Source of the DNA: Escherichia phage JLBYU09
Reading direction: 5' to 3' (one strand)
DNA: 48,988 nt
Sequence record: OK272487.1
The position numbers were made by a program, and so were the translations under genes. The notes below the pieces were generated by a model, which was not told the origin of the DNA, searched no databases, and worked only from the letters and a program-made list of their open reading frames with translations. Below are positions 26,964 to 36,044 of the stretch, in pieces. Within the stretch, counting starts at the first letter, position 1, and each line of letters begins with the position of its first letter.

Positions 26964-29900
26964 ATGGCTGAAAATATGATAACGGGAAGTAAGGGCGGAT
27001 CATCAAAACCTTATGTTCCGAAAGAGATGGAAGATAACCTGATCTCAATCAACAAAATCAAAATTCTTCTTGCCGTTTCCGATGGCGAGTGCGATCCAGA
27101 TTTTACACTTCGCGATCTGTATCTTGATGATGTTCCGGTAATTGCAGGCGACGGAACTGTTAACTACCAGGGTGTGAAAGCTGAATTTCGACCTGGAACG
27201 CAGACGCAAGATTACATCCAGGGGTTTACTGACACATCAAGCGAAGTGACGCTGGCGCGTGACATTACGACAACAAATCCTTATGTAATTTCCGTAACCA
27301 ACAAAACATTATCGGCTATCAGAATCAAAATGCTAATGCCAACAGGCATTAAGCAAGAGGATAACGGCGATCTTGTTGGCGTTAAGGTTACTTATGCTGT
27401 TGATATGGCTGTTGACGGAGACTCTTACAAAGAAGTATTGCGAGACACTATCGAAGGTAAAACGCGATCAGGTTACGACAGAAGCAGAAGGATTGACCTT
27501 CCGGCATTTAATGATCGCGTATTACTTAGGGTTAGAAGGGTTACGGCAGACAGCACATCTTCTCGTGTTACTGATCTGATTAAACTACAAAGTTACGCTG
27601 AGGTTATTGATGCAAAATTCCGTTACCCTCTGACTGGTCTTGTATACGTTGAATTTGACAGTGAGTTGTTCCCTAACCAGATCCCTAACATTTCAATCAA
27701 GAAGAAATGGAAGTTGATTAATGTTCCGAGCAATTACGATCCGGTAATGCGAGAGTATCACGGTTCATGGGATGGTACGTTCAAAAAAGCGTGGTCGAAC
27801 AATCCGGCGTGGGTACTTTATGACATTATCACAAACCAGCGATACGGATTAGATCAGAGAGAGCTTGGTGTGCAGGTTGACAAATGGAGTCTTTACGAAG
27901 CGGCGCAATACTGCGATCAGAAAGTGCCGGACGGAAAAGGCGGTACAGAGCCGCGTTATCTATGCGACGTTGTGATTCAAAGCCAGATTGAGGCTTATCA
28001 GCTTATTCGTGATATTTGCTCAATCTTCCGAGGAATGAGCTTTTGGAATGGAGAGAGCTTGTCAATCGTCATTGATAAGCCGCGCGATCCGTCGTACATC
28101 TTCACCAATGACAACGTTGTTGATGGTGATTTTCAGTACACAACAGCAAGCGAAAAGAGCATGTACACGCAGTGCAACGTGACGTTCGACGACGAACAAA
28201 ACATGTATCAACAGGACGTAGAGGGCGTATTCGACACCGAGGCTGCATTGCGCTTTGGATACAATCCGACAAGCATAACAGCGATCGGATGTACACGCAG
28301 GAGTGAGGCTAATCGGCGCGGTCGATGGATACTAAAAACCAACTTGCGCAGCACTACGGTAAACTTTGCTACTGGACTGGAAGGAATGATCCCATCAATA
28401 GGTGATGTGATTGCTATTGCTGACAACTTTCACAGCAGCAACCTTAAATTAAACCTATCAGGGCGCGTGATGGAAGTTTCCGGCTTGCAGGTGTTCGTTC
28501 CGTTTAAGATTGACGCGCGACCAGGTGATTTCATTATCATCAACAAACCGGACGGAAAGCCAGTTAAGCGCACAATCTCAAAAGTAAGCGGCGACGGAAA
28601 AACCATTGAACTAAACATTGGGTTTGGGTTTGAAGTTAAACCGGATACAGTTTTTGCAATCGACCGCACTGATATTGCATTGCAGCAATACGTTGTAACG
28701 AGTATCGGCAAAGGTGATGATGATGATGAATTTACATACTCCATCACGGCTGTTGAATATGACCCGAACAAATACGACGAGATTGATTACGGAGTAAACA
28801 TTGACGACAGGCCAACTTCAATTGTCCAGCCTGACACAATGGCAGCACCGGAAAACGTGCAAATATCCTCATACTCGCGAATTGTCCAGGGTGCAAGCGT
28901 TGAAACAATGGTTGTGTCGTGGGATAAAGTACCTTACGCATCGCTGTATGAAATGCAATGGCGAAAAGGTGATGGAAACTGGCTGAATACACCACAGACC
29001 GCAAACAAAGAAATTGAGGTTGAAGGTATTTATTCAGGAAACTACCAGGTAAGGGTTAGATCTGTTTCCGCTTCAGGTTCTACTTCTCCGTGGTCCAGAA
29101 TTGTGACAGCATCACTGACTGGTAAGGTAGGAGAGCCAGGCGCGCCAGTTAACTTAACAGCATCCGACAATGAAGTGTTTGGCATTCGTGTTAAGTGGGG
29201 GATGCCAGAAGGGAGCGGGGACACGGCATACATTGAGCTTCATCAGTCGCCGGATGGAACGGCTGAAAACTCAAGCCTGCTAACGCTGATCCCGTATCCA
29301 CAATATGAATACTGGCACGGTACGCTTCCGGCTGGTCATGTTGTATGGTATCGGATCAGGAGCGTGGACAGGATCGGCAACGTTTCCGGTTGGACTGATT
29401 TTGTTAGAGGTATGGCTTCAGATGATGTGGAGGCTGTTTTAGGAGATATTCTTGATAAGATTTTTGATACTGAAGCAGGTCAGGATCTTAAAGAGAACGC
29501 CATTGACAGTGCAAACAAGATAAAGGACCAGGCGCAAGCAATCATCCAGAATGCTCTTGCTAATGATGCTGATATTAAGTGGACGCGAGTACAAAACGGA
29601 AAGAGAAAGGCTGAATATGGTCACGCTCTTGAGCTTATCGCCACAGAGACTGAGGCGCGAGTTACGCAGATTGAAGAATTGAGGGCGTCAATCGACGAGG
29701 ATATTGTTTCAAGCATAAAGACAGTGCAGGAGGCTATCGCCACAGAATCTGAAACGCGAGCAACTCAAATAAACGCTTTGGATTCAAAATTCACAACTGA
29801 AATTGACGGCGTAAAACGCAATACAGCAGCAAGCATTAATCAGGTGAATCAAACAATTGCCAATGAATCAGAGGCGCGAGCGCAGGCCGTTAACGCGCTT

Positions 29901-30542
29901 GATGCGAAGTTCACAAAGGAGATCGAAGATTTAAACGGAGTCATTAAGACTGAGGTTGAGGCTAACATCTCTGAAGTGAAACAGGCTATCGCTAATGAGA
30001 CAGAAGCAAGGGTGCAGGCTGACCAGGCTTTAACAGCTAAATTCGGAGACGTTGAATCTGCATTAGCTCAAAAACTTGATTCGTGGGCTGGCGTGTCATC
30101 TGTTGGTGCTAAATACTCAATGAAATTGGGGTTAACATACAATGGGCAGAAGTACAGCGCAGGAATGGTAATGCAGCTTTCGCAGAGTTCATCCGGCCTT
30201 GTCTCGCAAATCTTGTTTGACGCGAACAGGTTCGCGATCATGACAAGTTCGACTGGCGGGGTGTATACATTGCCTTTCGTGGTGGAAAATAACCAGGTAT
30301 TCATTAACAGCCTGTTAGTTAAAAACGGTTCAATTACAAATGCCATGATCGGTAATTATATTCAGTCGAATAACTTTGTTGCCAATCAGCAGGGTTGGAG
30401 GCTGGATAAAAACGGCAGATTTGAGAACTACGGTTCTACGTCTGGAGAGGGGGCCATGAAGTTGACCAATGAAACGATAAGTGTACGAGATGCAAACGGG
30501 CGCTTGCGTGTTCAGATTGGTAGGCTTACTGGTACGTGGTAA
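26964..30542 (+). CDS. central tail fibre / host specificity protein (lambda J-like)
   Basis: 1192 aa; AAGGTGAAAAAG RBS; follows K/I-like genes; C-terminal repeats (ANESEARAQAVNALDAKFT). Confidence 0.8.
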   Translation: MAENMITGSKGGSSKPYVPKEMEDNLISINKIKILLAVSDGECDPDFTLRDLYLDDVPVIAGDGTVNYQGVKAEFRPGTQTQDYIQGFTDTSSEVTLARDITTTNPYVISVTNKTLSAIRIKMLMPTGIKQEDNGDLVGVKVTYAVDMAVDGDSYKEVLRDTIEGKTRSGYDRSRRIDLPAFNDRVLLRVRRVTADSTSSRVTDLIKLQSYAEVIDAKFRYPLTGLVYVEFDSELFPNQIPNISIKKKWKLINVPSNYDPVMREYHGSWDGTFKKAWSNNPAWVLYDIITNQRYGLDQRELGVQVDKWSLYEAAQYCDQKVPDGKGGTEPRYLCDVVIQSQIEAYQLIRDICSIFRGMSFWNGESLSIVIDKPRDPSYIFTNDNVVDGDFQYTTASEKSMYTQCNVTFDDEQNMYQQDVEGVFDTEAALRFGYNPTSITAIGCTRRSEANRRGRWILKTNLRSTTVNFATGLEGMIPSIGDVIAIADNFHSSNLKLNLSGRVMEVSGLQVFVPFKIDARPGDFIIINKPDGKPVKRTISKVSGDGKTIELNIGFGFEVKPDTVFAIDRTDIALQQYVVTSIGKGDDDDEFTYSITAVEYDPNKYDEIDYGVNIDDRPTSIVQPDTMAAPENVQISSYSRIVQGASVETMVVSWDKVPYASLYEMQWRKGDGNWLNTPQTANKEIEVEGIYSGNYQVRVRSVSASGSTSPWSRIVTASLTGKVGEPGAPVNLTASDNEVFGIRVKWGMPEGSGDTAYIELHQSPDGTAENSSLLTLIPYPQYEYWHGTLPAGHVVWYRIRSVDRIGNVSGWTDFVRGMASDDVEAVLGDILDKIFDTEAGQDLKENAIDSANKIKDQAQAIIQNALANDADIKWTRVQNGKRKAEYGHALELIATETEARVTQIEELRASIDEDIVSSIKTVQEAIATESETRATQINALDSKFTTEIDGVKRNTAASINQVNQTIANESEARAQAVNALDAKFTKEIEDLNGVIKTEVEANISEVKQAIANETEARVQADQALTAKFGDVESALAQKLDSWAGVSSVGAKYSMKLGLTYNGQKYSAGMVMQLSQSSSGLVSQILFDANRFAIMTSSTGGVYTLPFVVENNQVFINSLLVKNGSITNAMIGNYIQSNNFVANQQGWRLDKNGRFENYGSTSGEGAMKLTNETISVRDANGRLRVQIGRLTGTW

Positions 30543-30549
30543 AATCAAA

Positions 30550-30573
30550 GCGGGGCGTTTGCCCCGCATTTAT
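30550..30573 (+). terminator. terminator / attenuator hairpin
   Basis: GCGGGGC-gttt-GCCCCGC followed by ATTTAT, then the RBS of the next gene; weak U-run. Confidence 0.4.
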
Positions 30574-30585
30574 GGAGGTTTAATA

Positions 30586-30891
30586 ATGGCTGAATATGGG
30601 ATCTCAACTTGGGATGCAAACGGGAAGTATAACAACTACGGAATCAAGCCAGTTTCCGTTGTTGGTGTCATTAGCCTTGCCGCTGGTCAGACAAGCGGAT
30701 CGTGGAGCTTTAGCATTCCAAGTGGTTTTAAGGTTGGGTATGTTGTTTCACTTGATGAAGGTGCCAGGGGAGTTGGAAGGGAAATAGTAGCATCTGGAAA
30801 CACAATAAGAATTAGTCCTACATCGTCGGTTGGTGCAAATAGATATTCTTCTTCAAAGTGCGAGTTAGTTGTTTTTCTTGAGAGGGTTTAA
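30586..30891 (+). CDS. putative tail fibre accessory / receptor-binding protein (MAEYG family, short)
   Basis: Start moved to ATG 30586 (MAEYGISTWDANGK) after GGAGG RBS; paralogous to the next gene. Confidence 0.45.
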   Translation: MAEYGISTWDANGKYNNYGIKPVSVVGVISLAAGQTSGSWSFSIPSGFKVGYVVSLDEGARGVGREIVASGNTIRISPTSSVGANRYSSSKCELVVFLERV

Positions 30892-30892
30892 A

Positions 30893-31531
30893 ATGGCTGA
30901 GTATGGAGCAATGTTATCTTTATCAAATGGGAATCCATTTGTCACACCAAAATCAACGCCATTTTGCTTATATGGCAAGTACACTTATTCATCTTCAGGT
31001 ACTTCTGCCTATCATAGTGCAAGCGCAAATATACCAGTAAACCAATCTTATCCATGCATGGCATTTATAAAAACAACAAACACACAGCAGCCAACTGCAT
31101 TAATAGCTTACAGGAATGGTGGCAACATTTATGTAAACGGAGGAAATCCATATGGTCAATCATTTACAATGACTGTTTATATATTTGCCATATTCCCTCA
31201 AACTCTACCCAAATATGGTATGGCTATATGGGATGCAAGCGGCAAGTTGGTTTTAACTAATGAAAGCAGGGTGCTAACAGATCTTGTTACAATTGGTACT
31301 CCTGGTTCTTCAGGTGGAACGAATATAGATCAAACGTTATCTGGTTCTTATGCCGTTTGCCCTTCAAGGCTTGGTGCGGTTATAGGTATGGGCGCTTCTG
31401 ATATATATACATCATGCAGGTATAATGGTTCAAGCACAAGGATAGGTGCAGCAAGGACAACGCCAGGAACAGGTTCTATAACAAATAACGGAAATTCAAT
31501 AATTGCAATAAAGACTGATATTTACGACTAA
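30893..31531 (+). CDS. putative receptor-binding protein (MAEYG family, long)
   Basis: Start moved to ATG 30893 (MAEYGAMLSLSNG); internal repeat KYGMAIWDASGK; last rightward structural gene, convergent with the Cor-like gene. Confidence 0.45.
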   Translation: MAEYGAMLSLSNGNPFVTPKSTPFCLYGKYTYSSSGTSAYHSASANIPVNQSYPCMAFIKTTNTQQPTALIAYRNGGNIYVNGGNPYGQSFTMTVYIFAIFPQTLPKYGMAIWDASGKLVLTNESRVLTDLVTIGTPGSSGGTNIDQTLSGSYAVCPSRLGAVIGMGASDIYTSCRYNGSSTRIGAARTTPGTGSITNNGNSIIAIKTDIYD

Positions 31532-31534
31532 TGA

Positions 31535-31560
31535 AAAGGGGCTTTCGCCCCTTTATTTTT
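31535..31560. terminator. bidirectional rho-independent terminator
   Basis: AAAGGGGC-tttc-GCCCCTTT flanked by A-run and T-run, between convergent genes. Confidence 0.6.
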
Positions 31561-31562
31561 AT

Positions 31563-31790
31563 TCACAGACTGCAATCAGCGTTTTTAAAGTTATCAATAC
31601 TTACCCACTGAAAATTAAACGGATAGCCAGCCTTAACAAGAGTGCGGTCGCCAACTCGTTTCACTCCGAAAATAGCAACTGAATACTGCATTCCGCTATT
31701 TTCATAAATAGCCGTGCATTCACGTTTAGGCATATTTGCACATCCAGTCAGTGCAACGGCTGCAATCAAAACGGCGATTAACTTTTTCAT
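31563..31790 (-). CDS. cor: Cor-like superinfection-exclusion lipoprotein
   Basis: 75 aa; signal peptide plus lipobox LTGC; convergent with the receptor-binding gene, as recalled for T1 and phi80 cor; AAGGAGA RBS. Confidence 0.55.
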   Translation of the reverse strand: MKKLIAVLIAAVALTGCANMPKRECTAIYENSGMQYSVAIFGVKRVGDRTLVKAGYPFNFQWVSIDNFKNADCSL

Positions 31791-31820
31791 TTTGTGTCTC
31801 CTTAGTTGTTATTGGTTGCA

Positions 31821-31864
31821 ACTATACACGATCTTGCGGTGGGCGTTTAGCAAAAAGTGCTATT
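31821..31864 (-). promoter_or_regulatory. conserved-box promoter-like element (box variant, 19-nt spacer, TATAGT)
   Basis: Minus-strand AATAGCACTTTTTGCTAAA at 31864-31846; TATAGT at 31826-31821; upstream of the Cor-like gene. Confidence 0.5.
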
Positions 31865-32231
31865 CTTGTTCTTTTTGTTATCCGGTGTTCTCAAATCTGC
31901 GGAGTCTTAAATTTAGCTCAAAAAGTGAACAACAATAGAGCGCAATACATACAGATAAATATATACATACATATAAATCAATAAGTTAGTAGTATATATA
32001 TTCATGTTTGTTCTTTATTGTTATCTATGTTTTGTGTGATTTTGTGCGTCTGGTGATTTTTCTGTGATTATGCATGTGTCAGTGGTTATGTGTGTCTATA
32101 TATCTATATCCGGCGCAAATGAGGGAACAAGAGAACAAAAAGACAACAAAGGTATTTATCAATCACTTACATGTGAATTTTGTTATCCAATTCTCCTAGA
32201 ACGTTGTTAGAACAGAAAAAACAAAATAACT

Positions 32232-32259
32232 GTTGACTAAACGCATTAAATAGCTAAAA
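32232..32259 (+). promoter_or_regulatory. sigma70-like promoter (TTGACT, 16 nt, TAAAAT)
   Basis: At the right end of AT-rich region B, upstream of the exonuclease/Erf/SSB operon. Confidence 0.5.
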
Positions 32260-32289
32260 TGCAGGCATACCAACCAACGAGGGCAAATC

Positions 32290-33351
32290 ATGAATAAGTT
32301 TATGGCGTACACCAGCGAAGAAATGAGTAACGAGCTTTATCACGATCCAGAAGCGTGGACGGCTGATTATGTTAGCGGTTCAAGCCTGGCAGAGATTTAC
32401 AGCACATGCCCGGCAGCGTGGAAGTTCAAGCCGCGTGATGACAAGAGCAAGGCGCTAGTTTTCGGTACGCAGTCGCATACCAACTTTGAAAGCAAGGAGC
32501 TTTTCGAAAAAACCTATCGCCGTGCGCCAGCACCAGAAGAATTTAAGGATCTGATAACCAGCCAAACGGCGCTTGCTGCAAAGCTGAAATCATTTGGACT
32601 GAAAGGTACAACCGGAAAGACTTATCCCGAACTTATAAAAATGATGGTTGACTGCGGAGAAGACCTTAACGTCATGTGGTTAATCGACATGATCGCAGAA
32701 AGTCAGGCCAGGGCCGATGGGGTTCAGTTAATCGAGGCTAAAGATTACGATTCTTGCGTGGCAATGCGCCAGGTTCTGGAATCAATACCGGAACATAACG
32801 CATGTATGAATAGCAAGACGGCACAACGTGAATTATCGTTGTTCGGTGAAATTAACGGCGTAAAAGTCAAAGTGCGATGCGATCACGTTGACGTAACAAA
32901 GAACGTCACCGCAACGCTTATTGATGGTTACGATGAAAAAGGTCAGCCAATTTGCCGCGATATTATTTATCCAGAGGCCATTGTGATCACAGACTACAAA
33001 ACCACAATGAGCGCGAATCCGGCTGAGTTTATGCGCCTGGCTTACAATCACGGCTATTATTTGAAAATGGCGTTGCAATGTGATTTATTCAGAAAAGCGT
33101 ATCCAGAAGAAAAGCGACCTATAGTTGTTCGACTGTTAGCGCAAGAGAAGAAAGAGCCTTATTTGCCGTTGGCTTTCCGCATGAACAGCGAGCAATTGAA
33201 GATCGGGCGCATTCAGTACATGAGCGTAATTAACCAGTTTGCCATGTGCCAGCAACATGACGTTTGGCCTTCGTATTCAAACGGCGAGCCGGAGGTTTGC
33301 CTTGATACTCCTGATTGGGTGCGACGCCAGTTTAAGCAATATCTTATTTAA
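32290..33351 (+). CDS. recombination exonuclease (PD-(D/E)xK family, putative)
   Basis: 353 aa; D...D-Y-K signature (CDHVD, ITDYKTT); first gene of an operon with Erf and SSB. Confidence 0.55.
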   Translation: MNKFMAYTSEEMSNELYHDPEAWTADYVSGSSLAEIYSTCPAAWKFKPRDDKSKALVFGTQSHTNFESKELFEKTYRRAPAPEEFKDLITSQTALAAKLKSFGLKGTTGKTYPELIKMMVDCGEDLNVMWLIDMIAESQARADGVQLIEAKDYDSCVAMRQVLESIPEHNACMNSKTAQRELSLFGEINGVKVKVRCDHVDVTKNVTATLIDGYDEKGQPICRDIIYPEAIVITDYKTTMSANPAEFMRLAYNHGYYLKMALQCDLFRKAYPEEKRPIVVRLLAQEKKEPYLPLAFRMNSEQLKIGRIQYMSVINQFAMCQQHDVWPSYSNGEPEVCLDTPDWVRRQFKQYLI

Positions 33352-33432
33352 ACAGCACAAATAGCTAAACAAATGAAAAATGCGGTGTTATAATTCACCG
33401 CATAAGTTAACAACAAGAGTAAGGAAATAAAC

Positions 33433-33711
33433 ATGGAAAACAAACAAGTGTCAGAGGTAGCAGTTCATATCAATAATTTTGCAACTGGCATGGCTATGTT
33501 GCTTCGTGATTTTGTTGCGCCGCTTGATCCAACGGCAGGCGCAGAAGAAATGGAGTACATCAGAAAAGTAATGGATGCAGTCGATAACGTCGTACTTGTT
33601 GCAACAATGAGCGAAGACAACGAGGAAGCAATCAAGGCGGTAAAAGAAAGCTCTGATCGCATGATGGAAAGTCTGATTAAATTACACACCAAAGAAGAAA
33701 CAAAACATTAA
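33433..33711 (+). CDS. hypothetical protein
   Basis: 92 aa; AAGGAAATAAAC RBS. Confidence 0.5.
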   Translation: MENKQVSEVAVHINNFATGMAMLLRDFVAPLDPTAGAEEMEYIRKVMDAVDNVVLVATMSEDNEEAIKAVKESSDRMMESLIKLHTKEETKH

Positions 33712-33756
33712 CAGCAATAAGGCGGCGAAAGCCGCCATTAATTACGGGAATTAATC

Positions 33757-34413
33757 ATGAAACTATCAGAGCAATTCGACAAGGTTTTACCAGCACTGCA
33801 TAAGGCGCGTAGTTTGTTTGTAAAGGTGAAGAAGGATAAGCAAAATACGCACCTTAAAAACCGTTACGCAACGCTTGATGCCGTACTTGATGCAATCACT
33901 CCAGCATTGAATGATAACGAGCTAATGTTGATGCAGGACATGATTGAAAGCGAACAACCAAACAGAATCAAGGTTGAGACAACAGTTCTTCATGTTTCCG
34001 GTCAGTGGGTGAAATTTTACGCAGAACTACCAATCGTTAAAAACGATCCTCAAGGTGTCGGATCCGCATTCACATACGCTCGTCGTTATGCAGCCGCAGC
34101 TGCATTTGGCTTAAGCCAGGCAGACGATGACGCGCAGATTGCCGTTAAATCTGCAAACGACTGGAAGCGTGACATTGAGAAATGCGAAAGCGTAAACGAA
34201 TTACAAGAAGTGCTCAAATCAGCATGGAAGGCAAGCGATCCGGCAAGCAAGCAGGTAATTAAAGAGCATTACGAAAAACGAAAAGCAGAGCTTGAGATCG
34301 GAAAAGCACGAGGATTTAATCCAGCGCAACCAAAACAAAATCTTGCCGCTCAAGACGTTGACACAAAAAACGACGAGCAAGTAAAATCACAAAGTATCAC
34401 TGATTTTGAATAA
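33757..34413 (+). CDS. erf: ERF-family single-strand annealing protein
   Basis: 218 aa; [13 protein letters not shown] core typical of the Erf family; adjacent to exonuclease and SSB. Confidence 0.65.
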   Translation: MKLSEQFDKVLPALHKARSLFVKVKKDKQNTHLKNRYATLDAVLDAITPALNDNELMLMQDMIESEQPNRIKVETTVLHVSGQWVKFYAELPIVKNDPQGVGSAFTYARRYAAAAAFGLSQADDDAQIAVKSANDWKRDIEKCESVNELQEVLKSAWKASDPASKQVIKEHYEKRKAELEIGKARGFNPAQPKQNLAAQDVDTKNDEQVKSQSITDFE

Positions 34414-34420
34414 TTGACAT

Positions 34421-34442
34421 GGGGCGCTTGCGCCCCTTTCTT
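34421..34442 (+). terminator. terminator-like hairpin
   Basis: GGGGCGC-ttg-CGCCCC followed by TTTCTTA. Confidence 0.4.
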
Positions 34443-34457
34443 ACAGGAGTATAAAAC

Positions 34458-34910
34458 ATGCATATTATTACTGGTGAGATCCGAAAAGAGCCGCGGGTAA
34501 AGCAAATGCCTAACGGCAGCACGCTTTATGTGGTTGAACTTTCAGAGCGATACAAAGATAAAGATGGAAACTGGCAATATACAAACTACAGTTTCTTTTT
34601 TAATGCTAAAACAGAAGGTCTTAAGGGTTGGTATGATGAGGCATTCCAGGTTGGCAAGGTTATTTCTGTATCTTGCGACACGCTGCGCATTGAAACGCGT
34701 GAATATAACGGAAAGATGTATTCAAGTTTAATGCCAGGAGGATTTGCAAATCTTATCTTCAGTCAGCGCGGGGAAAGCCAGCAACAATATCAGCAGCGAA
34801 CGCAAGGAGGATGGGGCCAACCACAACAACAGAATCAACCGCAACAACCGCAACAGCCAAGACAAAGCAATCAGCCTCCTATGGACTTTGACGACGACAT
34901 TCCTTTCTGA
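34458..34910 (+). CDS. ssb: single-stranded DNA-binding protein
   Basis: 150 aa; OB-fold-like N-terminus, Gln/Pro-rich linker, acidic tail DFDDDIPF typical of SSB. Confidence 0.8.
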   Translation: MHIITGEIRKEPRVKQMPNGSTLYVVELSERYKDKDGNWQYTNYSFFFNAKTEGLKGWYDEAFQVGKVISVSCDTLRIETREYNGKMYSSLMPGGFANLIFSQRGESQQQYQQRTQGGWGQPQQQNQPQQPQQPRQSNQPPMDFDDDIPF

Positions 34911-34915
34911 TCAAC

Positions 34916-34940
34916 AAAGGGGCACTACGCCCCTTTTTCA
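34916..34940. terminator. bidirectional rho-independent terminator
   Basis: AAAGGGGC-acta-CGCCCCTTTTT between convergent ssb and the minus-strand gene; overlaps the C-terminal codons of the latter. Confidence 0.55.
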
Positions 34941-35182
34941 CTTTCAGCCATCCCAAGCACGGCAATCACCTTAACAGCAATTCTCTTTGCAAGTTCAGTT
35001 TGATGAGCGTTAAGTTTTCCAGTGGTCATTATTGACAACATTCCGCTCATACTTCCAAGACCGTTAAAATCTGACATTGCCGATTTCATTATTGATATTG
35101 GCGAATGACCTTCATCAGCTATTGTGTGCGCTCTCTCTGACAGGTCTTTAACTACCTGATCAATTCCTTCACTTTTCGTCAT
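34925..35182 (-). CDS. hypothetical protein
   Basis: 85 aa; AAGGAAAAG RBS. Confidence 0.5.
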   Translation of the reverse strand: MTKSEGIDQVVKDLSERAHTIADEGHSPISIMKSAMSDFNGLGSMSGMLSIMTTGKLNAHQTELAKRIAVKVIAVLGMAESEKGA

Positions 35183-35660
35183 TTGCTTTTCCTTCAGGAG
35201 TTGATTGCTGTTCTGGCATTACAGGCCACGGGCTAATTGATTCCCTTTCTGCTACTGGCTTTTCAGGCTCAATTCCTAAAAACTTTCCTACAAACTCACC
35301 AACAAAATTTGAGCTATCGCTTACATAAACATGCATCCTGTCTAGATCTGCAACCGTAACGCTATTTGGTGCGATCATGATCCTCTGTTGGTGAAAACCG
35401 ATATACATCACATTAGCCGGACGCTCAAGAGTCCCCATATTTGGCGCAATTACGCCCATTATCCAACAATAATGAATGTTGCCATCAAGCGGCTCACATC
35501 CAGCGTTAAGCCAGTTTACTTTCTGGTGAGGAAACGCCATCGATGAATCAGTAGCATCACGCCGTAACGACCATTTAACGCCGCCAATCTCAATGATTTG
35601 TTTCGGCCTCATCCCGTTGAATTGAGTCACGCCAGCGCCATTTTGATTAATGTTTTGCAT
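35169..35660 (-). CDS. hypothetical protein
   Basis: 163 aa; AAAAGG RBS. Confidence 0.5.
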   Translation of the reverse strand: MQNINQNGAGVTQFNGMRPKQIIEIGGVKWSLRRDATDSSMAFPHQKVNWLNAGCEPLDGNIHYCWIMGVIAPNMGTLERPANVMYIGFHQQRIMIAPNSVTVADLDRMHVYVSDSSNFVGEFVGKFLGIEPEKPVAERESISPWPVMPEQQSTPEGKANDEK

Positions 35661-35674
35661 ATCGGTTAACCTTT

Positions 35675-35998
35675 TTACATTGATTTCATTTTACGCAATG
35701 CGCAGATACAAGCGGCAGCAAGATCGGTTAATTCTTTCTCAATGCCATGATGCGAGCCGTCTGCCTTTTCGGTCATTAGCTCTTTGTATTCCATTTCTAC
35801 AATCGACATTAAGCCGCCTGGCTTGTCAATGTGCGCGTCCCAGGTTTTAGGATGGTGCTTAGTTCTTTCAATAACACTTCCCATAACTGAATCATGTTCA
35901 TGATCTCGATCATAATCTCCATCATTGTCCTTTCCTCCAATTACTACTCGCGGCAAATGCACGCGAGGTAAATGATAGCCAGCGACACGAATTTTCAT
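35675..35998 (-). CDS. hypothetical protein, His/Asp-rich
   Basis: 107 aa; GDYDRDHEHD segment. Confidence 0.45.
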   Translation of the reverse strand: MKIRVAGYHLPRVHLPRVVIGGKDNDGDYDRDHEHDSVMGSVIERTKHHPKTWDAHIDKPGGLMSIVEMEYKELMTEKADGSHHGIEKELTDLAAACICALRKMKSM

Positions 35999-36010
35999 GA
36001 GTATATCCCC

Positions 36011-36038
36011 TTATAAAAAAGCGCCCCGAAAGGCGCTT
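36011..36038 (-). terminator. rho-independent terminator (minus strand)
   Basis: Minus-strand AAGCGCC-tttcg-GGGCGCTT followed by TTTTTTAT, right after the stop of the Gly-rich gene. Confidence 0.6.
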
Positions 36039-36044
36039 GATTTA

